From positions 1 to 24,597 of the IMG/VR virus record IMGVR_UViG_3300045580_000408: DNA of 24,597 bases, one strand, 5' to 3'. Below the pieces are notes generated by a model. It did no database searches, had not been told where the DNA came from, and saw only the letters and a program-made list of their open reading frames with translations. Source of the DNA: a virus. Taxonomy: Duplodnaviria; Caudoviricetes. Both the position numbers and the translations under genes were made by a program. Below, one piece after another: positions 14,353 through 22,700 of this stretch; position 1 is the stretch's first letter, and each line of letters starts with the position of its first letter.

Positions 14353-14922
14353 ATGGCCGTAACTTTTTCGAGCACTCCTGGTGCCGCTGGTGGCGTCCAG
14401 TCCAGCTACGAGCTGGAACTGACCGCCGCTCTTGAAGGTCAATTTGCCGACATTGCCGATAACAATGTTGCCACTTTCGTCAACGAAACTGGCGCTGGCA
14501 TTGCTTTTGGTGATCTGCTTGTCGTTAACACTGGTGGTAGTGTTGGTAACTCTGCCAAGACTATTGCTGCCACTGGCGACACCGTGGTGGGCGTGAATGC
14601 TCTCACCTACATTGAGGAGAAAGCTGTTGATGCCAATAGCCGTCCCGCAGCTTCCGACAAGCAAGCCCTGAATGTGGTGAATCAAGGCGTGGTTGCTGTG
14701 TATGTTACTGGCGCTGTTGATTTCACTTCTCCCGTGCGCGTGCTGTATGCCACTCACACTGGCACCACTGCTGGCGCTCATCCCGGTCGCTTCTCTCACG
14801 TTTTCGTGAGCGGTAAAACCCGTCGTCTTAGCTCCGCTCGTTGGGTGTCTAAGACCACTGGCGCCGGTATCGCCCTGCTGGAGCTGAATGGCCCCAGCTT
14901 CACCCTTGACGCAGATTCCTGA
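14353..14922 (+). CDS. Capsid decoration / cement protein
   Basis: Between scaffold and major capsid; small-residue, beta-rich; IAFG and G.V.V motifs; AAGGAGG SD. Confidence 0.75.
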   Translation: MAVTFSSTPGAAGGVQSSYELELTAALEGQFADIADNNVATFVNETGAGIAFGDLLVVNTGGSVGNSAKTIAATGDTVVGVNALTYIEEKAVDANSRPAASDKQALNVVNQGVVAVYVTGAVDFTSPVRVLYATHTGTTAGAHPGRFSHVFVSGKTRRLSSARWVSKTTGAGIALLELNGPSFTLDADS

Positions 14923-14933
14923 TAGGAGGCACC

Positions 14934-15848
14934 ATGAGCGAATTTCGTATGGATGAAGCGGGTCTGTTTCTTGAGCGCCAGCTTGAGTACATCCGCCCGC
15001 AAGTATTTGAAGTCGAATATGCCGACATCAAATATCCCACCATTCTGCCTGTAACCAGCGAAGCTGGTCCTGGCGCACAAACCTTCACCTATCGCATTAT
15101 GGATGCGACTGGTGACTTCAAGCTCATTTCTGACGCTGCGGACGATCTGCCGCGTGCTGACGTGAGCCAAACCGAGAAGAGCCTCAACATCCGCTCCTTC
15201 GGTGGTTCCTTTGGTTACACCGTGCAGGAACTGCGTGCTGCTCAAATGGCCAATGTGGCTCTGGAGCAGCGCCGCGCCGCCGCTGTGCGTCGTGCTTATG
15301 AGGAGAAGGTTGAACAGGTGGCCCTGTTCGGTGAGTCCTCTGTGAGCCTGGCTGGTTTCTTCAACAACTCGACTGTTGACGTGCTGGCTGCTGACAAGTG
15401 GTTCACTGGCGCCACTGCCACTGGCACCACTGCACAAGACATGCTGGCTCTGCTGAACCAGGGTGTTACTGCCATCATCAACGGCTCCAACATGAAGGAG
15501 CAGCCCGACACCATTCTGATGGCGTGGGAAGATTACAACGTGGTTTCCACCACTCGTAATTCTGATTCTTCGGATGTGACTGTGCTGGAATATTTCCTGC
15601 GCACCAACCCCTTCATCCGTAATGTTGAGCCCATTAATCAGCTCGATGCCGACAAGAGCGAGCTGACCAAGAACCGGATGGTCATCTACAAGCGTGATCC
15701 CGGCAAAGTGCAACTGCACATCCCTCAGCCCCTGGAACTCTTCCCGCCCCAACAGCGCGGTCTTGAGTTCATCGTTCCTGCTCACGCTCGCGTGGGTGGT
15801 GTCGCTCTGTACTATCCCAAGAGCGTCATCTACGTTCAGGCTCCCTGA
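14934..15848 (+). CDS. Major capsid protein (DUF2184-type, HK97 fold)
   Basis: FLERQLEYI...EY, DDLPRAD, FGYTVQELRAA, GGVALYYPKS motifs; AGGAGG SD; strongly biased codon usage. Confidence 0.92.
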   Translation: MSEFRMDEAGLFLERQLEYIRPQVFEVEYADIKYPTILPVTSEAGPGAQTFTYRIMDATGDFKLISDAADDLPRADVSQTEKSLNIRSFGGSFGYTVQELRAAQMANVALEQRRAAAVRRAYEEKVEQVALFGESSVSLAGFFNNSTVDVLAADKWFTGATATGTTAQDMLALLNQGVTAIINGSNMKEQPDTILMAWEDYNVVSTTRNSDSSDVTVLEYFLRTNPFIRNVEPINQLDADKSELTKNRMVIYKRDPGKVQLHIPQPLELFPPQQRGLEFIVPAHARVGGVALYYPKSVIYVQAP

Positions 15849-15915
15849 GGAAGCCCTTAGGTAGTTTGTCAAGAAAAGGGCGGTTAAGCTAATTGGCAGT
15901 TCTTATGAACACACA

Positions 15916-16302
15916 ATGTTGATTGCTTACCGCCCTGAACTTGAGAATCCGCCGCGAGAGGCCAGTTTCGGAGTGATTACAAAGCGAGGCATGATTAGCC
16001 TTGCGCCCGGTCTTAATCAGGAAATTCCTGATGAGCAATGGGAAGAAGCAAAACTGAACCCAACGGTACAGGGTCTTCTTCGTATTGGGGCAATTGAGGA
16101 AATGAAAGAACGGGTGGAGATTGATACCATTCCAAAATCCGCCGAGAATCTTTCACAACTTCCTCTCAGTCAGGCCATCCAGGCCATCGAACTTCTCCAT
16201 GATGAGGACAAACTCGGAGATTGGAAGAAGATTGAAGGTCGCGTGAGGGTGCGCAATGCGATTAATCGTCGCCTTGAAGCCATTCGCACAGGGAAGGCAT
16301 GA
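15916..16302 (+). CDS. Hypothetical virion-associated protein
   Basis: Directly after the MCP; LAPGLNQ..W and EGRVRVRNAI.RRL segments. Confidence 0.65.
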   Translation: MLIAYRPELENPPREASFGVITKRGMISLAPGLNQEIPDEQWEEAKLNPTVQGLLRIGAIEEMKERVEIDTIPKSAENLSQLPLSQAIQAIELLHDEDKLGDWKKIEGRVRVRNAINRRLEAIRTGKA

Positions 16303-16610
16303 CGGTCACTTACTCTGGGTTTCTACAACGCTTCCCTGAATTCAGTCCTCATCCATCGGGAATTGTGAACGGCGCCATTGAAAGTGCATCAGCAGACGTA
16401 TCGTCCGACATCTTTGGTGATCAGACTGACCGAGCTGTACGTTTTCTAGCTGCTCACATCATTTCCATCCAGCTTGCTCAAATGGGCGCTCAAATTGGCG
16501 CTACAGATGGCAAGGTATATGGCAAGGGGCTGGAAGCCACATTGTATGGCCAGGAGTTCAAGCGTCTCACTGAAGCGGCATCATCTTCTCTGCTTGGTTT
16601 TGTTGTCTGA
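16299..16610 (+). CDS. Head-tail connector (DUF4054-like)
   Basis: F..RFPEF, LAAH and TLYGQEF motifs. Confidence 0.8.
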   Translation: MTVTYSGFLQRFPEFSPHPSGIVNGAIESASADVSSDIFGDQTDRAVRFLAAHIISIQLAQMGAQIGATDGKVYGKGLEATLYGQEFKRLTEAASSSLLGFVV

Positions 16611-16999
16611 TGACTAATCCGGCTCCGCCACTTGCCAATACCACCCTGGTGTTTGCTGTGGTGAGTGGATATGCCACAGATTCGGCCACCGGTAATTATG
16701 TGGAACTCACCAGAGATGTCACATACTATGCCACATTGAAGCAGAGCAGGGATCCTCAGTACGATCAGAGGCTTGGGGCTGATGAGACTGCCATCTATAT
16801 GAAAGGCAGGTTAGTTGGCCCATTAGCATTCTCGGGAGTGCCCCCTGGAAGTGTGGCGAAGGCCACCATTGAAAATCAGGAGGGGCGTTTTGAACTACTC
16901 CCTACGACTGAAATGACTGACCACTACCGTCAGTTTTTGGGCACCCCTATCCACGGCTACTTTAGAGTTGTGGGAGCAGGAAGTGTCCTTAATCGTTAA
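16610..16999 (+). CDS. Putative head closure / neck protein
   Basis: Position after the connector, size, beta-rich composition, TGATG coupling. Confidence 0.55.
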   Translation: MTNPAPPLANTTLVFAVVSGYATDSATGNYVELTRDVTYYATLKQSRDPQYDQRLGADETAIYMKGRLVGPLAFSGVPPGSVAKATIENQEGRFELLPTTEMTDHYRQFLGTPIHGYFRVVGAGSVLNR

Positions 17000-17022
17000 T
17001 CACGCTCCTTCGCATTGTTTCA

Positions 17023-17601
17023 ATGTCCATCCAACATCCCACTCAGATCATCAAGAGTCAGGACACCATCGTGTATGTGGGTGCCTTGACTGGTGCCACT
17101 CGTCCTGTGATCACTCCGGCTAGCTCCGGTGTTCTGACCCGCCCCTCATCTGGCGTGCCCGCCAATATGTATTTTCTGGGCGGCGTGACCAATGCTTCTG
17201 TTTCTTTCAACGACGGCGAACAAGAATACTACCTGCTTGGTGGTGGCGGTTTCGCTGATAGCGTGAAAGTGACCCAGCGTTGCCAAGCTTCTATCACTTC
17301 TTACTTCCAGAAAGATGTGGATGGCTCCACCATTGACGAAACTGCGTACGATGAAGCGATGAACGTCATCCTGCGCGGTCGTACTGAGAAAGACTTTGAA
17401 GTGTATGTGGAAATCTTCAAACACCTTGGCGGTCAAACTTACGACCTCACCTGTTTCGCTGCCACGGTGATGAACTACAACGAGAGCTATCCCGCTGACA
17501 ACCTTGTTGAGACCACCTTCGACCTGATGAGCCGTAGCAAGTACGGCACCGGCCGTTGCACCATCTCTGGCGCCATTCTGCCCACTGCTCCCAACTCCTA
17601 A
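17023..17601 (+). CDS. Major tail (tube) protein
   Basis: 192 aa, high-expression codon usage, YYLLGGGGFADSV and NYNESYPADNLVE.TFDL.S motifs, followed by a strong terminator; no sheath gene. Confidence 0.75.
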   Translation: MSIQHPTQIIKSQDTIVYVGALTGATRPVITPASSGVLTRPSSGVPANMYFLGGVTNASVSFNDGEQEYYLLGGGGFADSVKVTQRCQASITSYFQKDVDGSTIDETAYDEAMNVILRGRTEKDFEVYVEIFKHLGGQTYDLTCFAATVMNYNESYPADNLVETTFDLMSRSKYGTGRCTISGAILPTAPNS

Positions 17602-17626
17602 TTCTTCCCGTAAGAGAAGTCTCACA

Positions 17627-17652
17627 AGCCCCCGAAAGGGGGCTATTTTATT
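17627..17652 (+). terminator. Rho-independent terminator after the tail tube gene
   Basis: AGCCCCC-GAAA-GGGGGCT followed by ATTTTATT. Confidence 0.8.
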
Positions 17653-17655
17653 AGT

Positions 17656-18066
17656 ATGAACATCCTGCAAGTAAGAGATACAATTTCGCAATTGCTCGCA
17701 GGCTTGTTGGGCAGCTACACGCTGCCCAACGGCACCACACTGCCAGCCTTATGGGTGGATGGCAGGAGCGGCTTGCCAAAGGGATGGAAGGTGAGTGGCA
17801 TGGAGGCGTCTATCAGGCAGTATCCAACACGCCGCAGCCGCCCGTTGATGGGGATGGTGGAGATGCGTAAGGCATGGGAAGTTGTGCTATCGCAGTACGA
17901 TCCTTCTAGTGAGAACATGGACGAGGCTGTGACAAGAATTCTGCGCCATTTTCCTGATGCCACATTGCAAGGCTTTCCGTCTAGCGACCGCGAATATCAA
18001 TATGCGCGTTTTATTCTGCCTGACATTGAAATCATGACGCAGTATCGACCAACTGCCTACGAGTGA
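17656..18066 (+). CDS. Hypothetical tail-region protein (possible tail terminator)
   Basis: 136-aa ORF in the tail module; position only. Confidence 0.6.
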   Translation: MNILQVRDTISQLLAGLLGSYTLPNGTTLPALWVDGRSGLPKGWKVSGMEASIRQYPTRRSRPLMGMVEMRKAWEVVLSQYDPSSENMDEAVTRILRHFPDATLQGFPSSDREYQYARFILPDIEIMTQYRPTAYE

Positions 18067-18075
18067 GGAAAGCCG

Positions 18076-18525
18076 ATGGCTGGGATTGCAAGAATTACTG
18101 GCACCAAGGACTTGGAAAAAGCTTTGCTCGATGCTTTTCAAGTGTGGACAGAGGAAGATGTGAATGGGCAATATTGGCGAGAAAAATTTGAAGAGCAATA
18201 TCCGTATGAGGGGCCTCCTACTCTCCGAAAAAACGGCGAAGTAGTTGGCGACCCTCGGAATATTTTGGATACAGAAAAACTATATGACAGCGGGGTTGAG
18301 TCCTATGAGTATTCAAGTGATGCGAACAAGGGACAAGCAAATTGGCATTGGAACGCTAAAAACTCCAGCGGCGAAGAATATGCTTGGTTTGTACACGAGG
18401 GGCAAGGTCCTTATTCCAGGGAGCCAAGACGCTGGACCGATCAACTGGCTTCGGAATATTTGTTTGATCAAAGCGAAATCAAGGATAGACTAATGACTCG
18501 CATCGATCAAAGCCTGAATGGTTGA
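18076..18525 (+). CDS. Putative tail completion protein (HK97 gp10-like)
   Basis: PRNILDT..L..S and YAWFVHEG...PRRW motifs; GAGG SD. Confidence 0.6.
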   Translation: MAGIARITGTKDLEKALLDAFQVWTEEDVNGQYWREKFEEQYPYEGPPTLRKNGEVVGDPRNILDTEKLYDSGVESYEYSSDANKGQANWHWNAKNSSGEEYAWFVHEGQGPYSREPRRWTDQLASEYLFDQSEIKDRLMTRIDQSLNG

Positions 18526-18802
18526 TGGTCCCATTGACTACTTGGAAAGCGACTCTGGAGAGGTGCATGTGATTAATGCACGGGTGGATGGCCCCACATT
18601 GGAAGCTGGCATCTTGTGCGTTATTTCTTTCTCAGAAACCACTATTAGAATCTCAAACGAGCAACATTCGTTTTTGATTGAACTGCCAGAAGACGTGCGT
18701 ATCAAAGGCGAGCGTCTCAAGGCGTTTAATGTGCCGTTGGCCATTCTGAATTATGAGCAAGTACAGCTTTCTGCTGGCCTCCGAAGAGACCAGCTACTTT
18801 GA
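18518..18802 (+). CDS. Hypothetical protein
   Basis: 94-aa ORF overlapping both neighbours in the operon. Confidence 0.6.
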   Translation: MVDGPIDYLESDSGEVHVINARVDGPTLEAGILCVISFSETTIRISNEQHSFLIELPEDVRIKGERLKAFNVPLAILNYEQVQLSAGLRRDQLL

Positions 18803-19298
18803 ACTCACTCCGACACTGCGCCTACAGCGTCATGGAGGCTGGTTAGTTGCTGAAAGTATTGAGCAGGAAGAGATTAGCAAGTCTCAAAGCCAGAGCACCA
18901 TTAAGGCAGTGCAGCTTGCCAAGAAGATTGCAACGGCCAAGGGCATTCCTCTAGATGAAGCCTTTGAAATGCTGCAAGGGGGCGGCGGATTTTCTGAGGC
19001 CGAACTTCTGTCTGAGTACACAGAAGAAACCCTCTCCATGGTCACTTCTGGTGGCTCCGCAGAGCTTGGCAATGCCAAACTGATCACTGCATTTATGCGA
19101 TGCCGTGGCGAAGGTAAGATTGGCGAGGATTGGAAGCGTCTCGATGATTGGTCTATTGATGACACTAAGACTATGACTCGCGAGATGCAAACCAGAATGC
19201 TGGAGTTTATCGCCGACGAGCAAGATGCGGAGGTGAAAGCAGCACAAGCAAAAAAATCGAAGAGGAAGGTGAAGGAGGAAGCGTCGCCGAACGAGTAG
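18753..19298 (+). CDS. Tail assembly chaperone (lambda gpG-like)
   Basis: Acidic helical protein two ORFs before the tape measure, with a slippery site near its 3' end. Confidence 0.75.
   Translation: MSKYSFLLASEETSYFELTPTLRLQRHGGWLVAESIEQEEISKSQSQSTIKAVQLAKKIATAKGIPLDEAFEMLQGGGGFSEAELLSEYTEETLSMVTSGGSAELGNAKLITAFMRCRGEGKIGEDWKRLDDWSIDDTKTMTREMQTRMLEFIADEQDAEVKAAQAKKSKRKVKEEASPNE
19250..19256 (+). other. Programmed -1 ribosomal frameshift site A AAA AAA
   Basis: GCA AAA AAA TCG in frame; the -1 frame is open from here (IEEEGEGGSVAERVEKKARAFL...) into ORF 19418-19723. Confidence 0.8.
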
Positions 19299-19723
19299 AG
19301 AAGAAGGCGCGTGCATTCCTAAAGGGGTTAACCAATTGGAATGCCATTTTCTTTCGCCTTAATGCATCGTGCCTTAAGGATGATCGATGGGGGCCGGAAA
19401 ATTTCTCTAAGCAAAAGGTGAAGGATGTGCTTGCTGCTCTAAAGTTTTTAGAGCAGCATGATCACACGCAGTACAACTTACAAAGCCTGTCAGTGGCGAA
19501 AATGGCCACGATGGTTGCGCATGCATTGGGAGGCAAGAAGGTGTCTTTGACTGCCGATGACTTCCTGCCATTTGACACCCGAAAGCTGAAGAAAGAAACT
19601 GGTATTACGGAAGAAAGCGCTGCCGTTCTGAAGCGTTTGATGAAGACGCGCAGAATGGACTTGCGCGTGGTGTCGATGCTGGCGGAAGAGCTTAAAAACT
19701 CTTCAATGCGAAGTGACGAGTAA
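19250..19723 (+). CDS. gpT-like portion of the frameshifted tail chaperone (gpGT)
   Basis: -1 frame relative to 18753; continuous ORF from the slippery site to TAA 19723. Confidence 0.75.
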   Translation, partial: KKIEEEGEGGSVAERVEKKARAFLKGLTNWNAIFFRLNASCLKDDRWGPENFSKQKVKDVLAALKFLEQHDHTQYNLQSLSVAKMATMVAHALGGKKVSLTADDFLPFDTRKLKKETGITEESAAVLKRLMKTRRMDLRVVSMLAEELKNSSMRSDE

Positions 19724-19775
19724 TATGATGCCCAGTAAAGGCTACACTTAATAGAAGAATGCTGTAAGCATAGTA

Positions 19776-22700
19776 ATGGCGGCGGAACTCCGGCTTGGTG
19801 TATCGTTTGATCTCGTATATTTTCGCCAGCAGCTTCAAAAGCTTGGCCGCATTGCCGCGTCAGAGTTTACTGCGCCAATCAAGATTAAGATTGACAGGCA
19901 GGTTGTTGATCGGGAGTTAAATAGTTTACAGAAGGCGATAAAAAGAAGAAAATATAATATTGAGCTAAATATTGCCGGCAACCTGACAAAACAATCTTTT
20001 GATGACTTACAAGCGCGACTTGACGCACTTGGCAAGAGAAAAAAGGTTGAGGTGCCTATCAGCATTAAAAATGCTGCTACTGGCAAGGAGATTTCCGACA
20101 CCATTGCCGCGTTGCGTGTAAAAATCTCGCAGAATCAGTCGATTCGACAAGGCGACGGCAAGCTTAAAATCGGAATAAGTGTAAAAGCGGCAATTACTAA
20201 CGCGGACATTGCTGCATTCAAGAAGGAAGTTGAAAGCAAATTTGGCGGAATAAATGTCAAAGCTCGGGCTGATTTACCTATTGGCCTCAAGGGCGCGGCT
20301 AGTGGAAAAGAAGTGGCTGACGCCATTTCTGCGTTGCGCGGAAGAATTGCGCAAAATCAAACGATTAAGCAAGGAGGCGGAAAGCTTCGCGTAGGCTTGA
20401 GCATTAAGCCGGATATAGCCAACGTAGATATTGTTAATTTTAAGCGCGTTGTAACGGAGAAATTTTCCAATCTTAGTGTCAACATAAAAGCCAATGTAAA
20501 GCCTGATTTTGCATCTGGGGCAACAGGTGCTGCCGGTTTGTATGAATACATGCGAACCCAAGGGCTTTCAGGGGGCAATGTACCAGGGGCGGCTCAGGCT
20601 GGCCGTCGCGCTCAGTTTGAGGCCGCCATAGGAAGCGCGTCTAACAAGGAGCTGCAAGCCATGCTACGGCGAGCAAAAGTGCCCGGACGCAGTGCTTTGC
20701 GTACTGGCGAGGCGATGCGGGAGCGCTTAAGACAATTAGACGACGCCGCAATGGAAAGCGTGCTCGGCAACCTTGAAATGAGGATGCGCGAGCCCAGGAA
20801 AGTAGAGCGCTCGTTTCTGGACAAAGTGGCGCGAGCCGTCTTCTGGATGGCAGGTGTTGACCCTGAATACCTAAGGCAACAAGCTGCTCAGCGTCGGGCT
20901 TTGCCTAATGTCAGCTTCCCGGCAACTGTGCCACCCGGACCCTCCATTGGTCCTTCTTCTACTGGCAGGTCTCTTCCTGCTGGTCGCACTACTGCTGGGC
21001 TTATTGGGGCTGCGCGGGCGCCCGTGGGACTACTGCCTTCGGTTACTCCGCGATCTTCGATTAAGTCAGGAGTCGATGCGTTATTTGCTGCCGGAGGCCC
21101 CCAATTTCCGATGGGTCCATCTGGCAAACTTGCATTGTCGACGGAATCGCTTCGGGCACGGGTTGACAAGATTCTTACTGACTATTTCAAGATTGCAGAA
21201 GTAACGATCAAAGAAATCTTTAACCCTCAAGACCTTAAGCGTGCTTTAAATATTTTCTCTTATCTTCCGCAAGCACTTCGAGACGCAGAAAGTAGAACAA
21301 GGCAAGCGAAAGTTGGTATTCTTAGCGCACAAGGGATTGCAGGATTGCTTCCTCCTGCTACTGCTGGACGCGCCCCGTCTACGTATGGTGGTCCGGCACA
21401 GGTGGATCGAGGATCTTTTGTGCAACAACGCATTGCAGAGGCCTATGCGAGGTCTGCAGCGCGTGGTGCTGCCGTTATGGGCGAAGGACCGAGGGGTGGC
21501 GTTTTGGGGGCTGGCGGGAGTGGTGCGGCTGGCCCTTATCGACCTTTTGCTGAGCCTCCCAGGGGCGGCGCCATTGTGCCGTATCAGCCCCCTTCGCAAT
21601 TTGGGCCATCTTCCCAGTTGCCGGCTAATTATTTCCAAGCAGGAAAACTGGCTGCCGGCATTCGCGGGCTTGGCGTTGATTTCAATCAAACGCGACTGCC
21701 CCTTGCTGGAGCGGTGAGTGAACTGGGCGAAGAATTTGCAACTGCCGCCAAGCAAGTGCTGCTATTTGGCACCGCTTACAAGGCGCTGGCATTCTTCACA
21801 TCACTTCCCGGTCAGGCGTTTGAAGCCGCTAAGGGGCTTCAAACAATCGGTAATCAATTAGAGGCCGTTACCGGCAGCGTTCAAAACGCGGACAGGTCAT
21901 TTGCTTTTATTGATGATCTCGCCAATCGCTTTAATGTGCCGCTGCAGAGCGCTCGCGATGGTTTTGTAAAGCTGTATGCATCCATGGCCCCGGCCGGGTT
22001 CAGCGGTAGTGAAATTGAGGGGCTTTTTGAGGGCATTAGTAAGGCCACGGCAACATTTGGCCTGAGCGCGGACAAAGTAGACCGCGTGAACTATGCCTTT
22101 GCTCAGATGGCCAGCAAAGGCCAGATTATGAGCGAAGAGCTGAAGGGGCAGCTTGGTGACGTGCTACCTGGCTCTCTCGCATTGTTTGCTCGGGCTGCTC
22201 AGATGAGCATCCCAGAGTTCTCCAAGGCAATGGAGGATGGGGCGTTTAAGGGAGAGGCAATGGCGCAAGTGTTGCGCAATGTTGCCAAGATCATGAACGC
22301 TGATTTTGGCGGGGCTGCCGCCAATGCTGCCAATACGTTACAGGGCGCATTGAACGGCATGCAGAACGCCGTTCAACGACTTTATGAGGCATTTGAGCCG
22401 CTTGTTGATTTGATTGCGGCCAGTGTATTTCCTGTATTGCAAAGTGCTATTGAAGATGCCACTCGCGCCATTGCTGCATTTAGCGCTTCGGCTACTGGTA
22501 ATACTGGCCCGGCAAACATGCTGGAAGGAAACGCTCGCGCTATTTACGACACAATGCGTAGTGTCGAGCAAATTTTTATCGCTATTGGCAATGTAGTTAG
22601 TAGTGTTGCCCCAACATTTGTCTTGTTTGGCAGGGTTGTCCTTTCTGTTTCGGAAGCGCTTTCACGACTGATTAACAATCCTGTCGGCAAGTTCTTGACC

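Noticed and set aside
15844-15868. Terminator after the major capsid gene (CCTGAGG/CCTTAGG)
   Set aside because: Stem is plausible but the U-tract is poor; not listed as a feature.
13702-15872. Long antisense ORFs (365 aa and 358 aa) opposite the scaffold, decoration and MCP genes
   Set aside because: Shadow ORFs expected from strong codon bias of highly expressed sense genes; no recognisable motifs.
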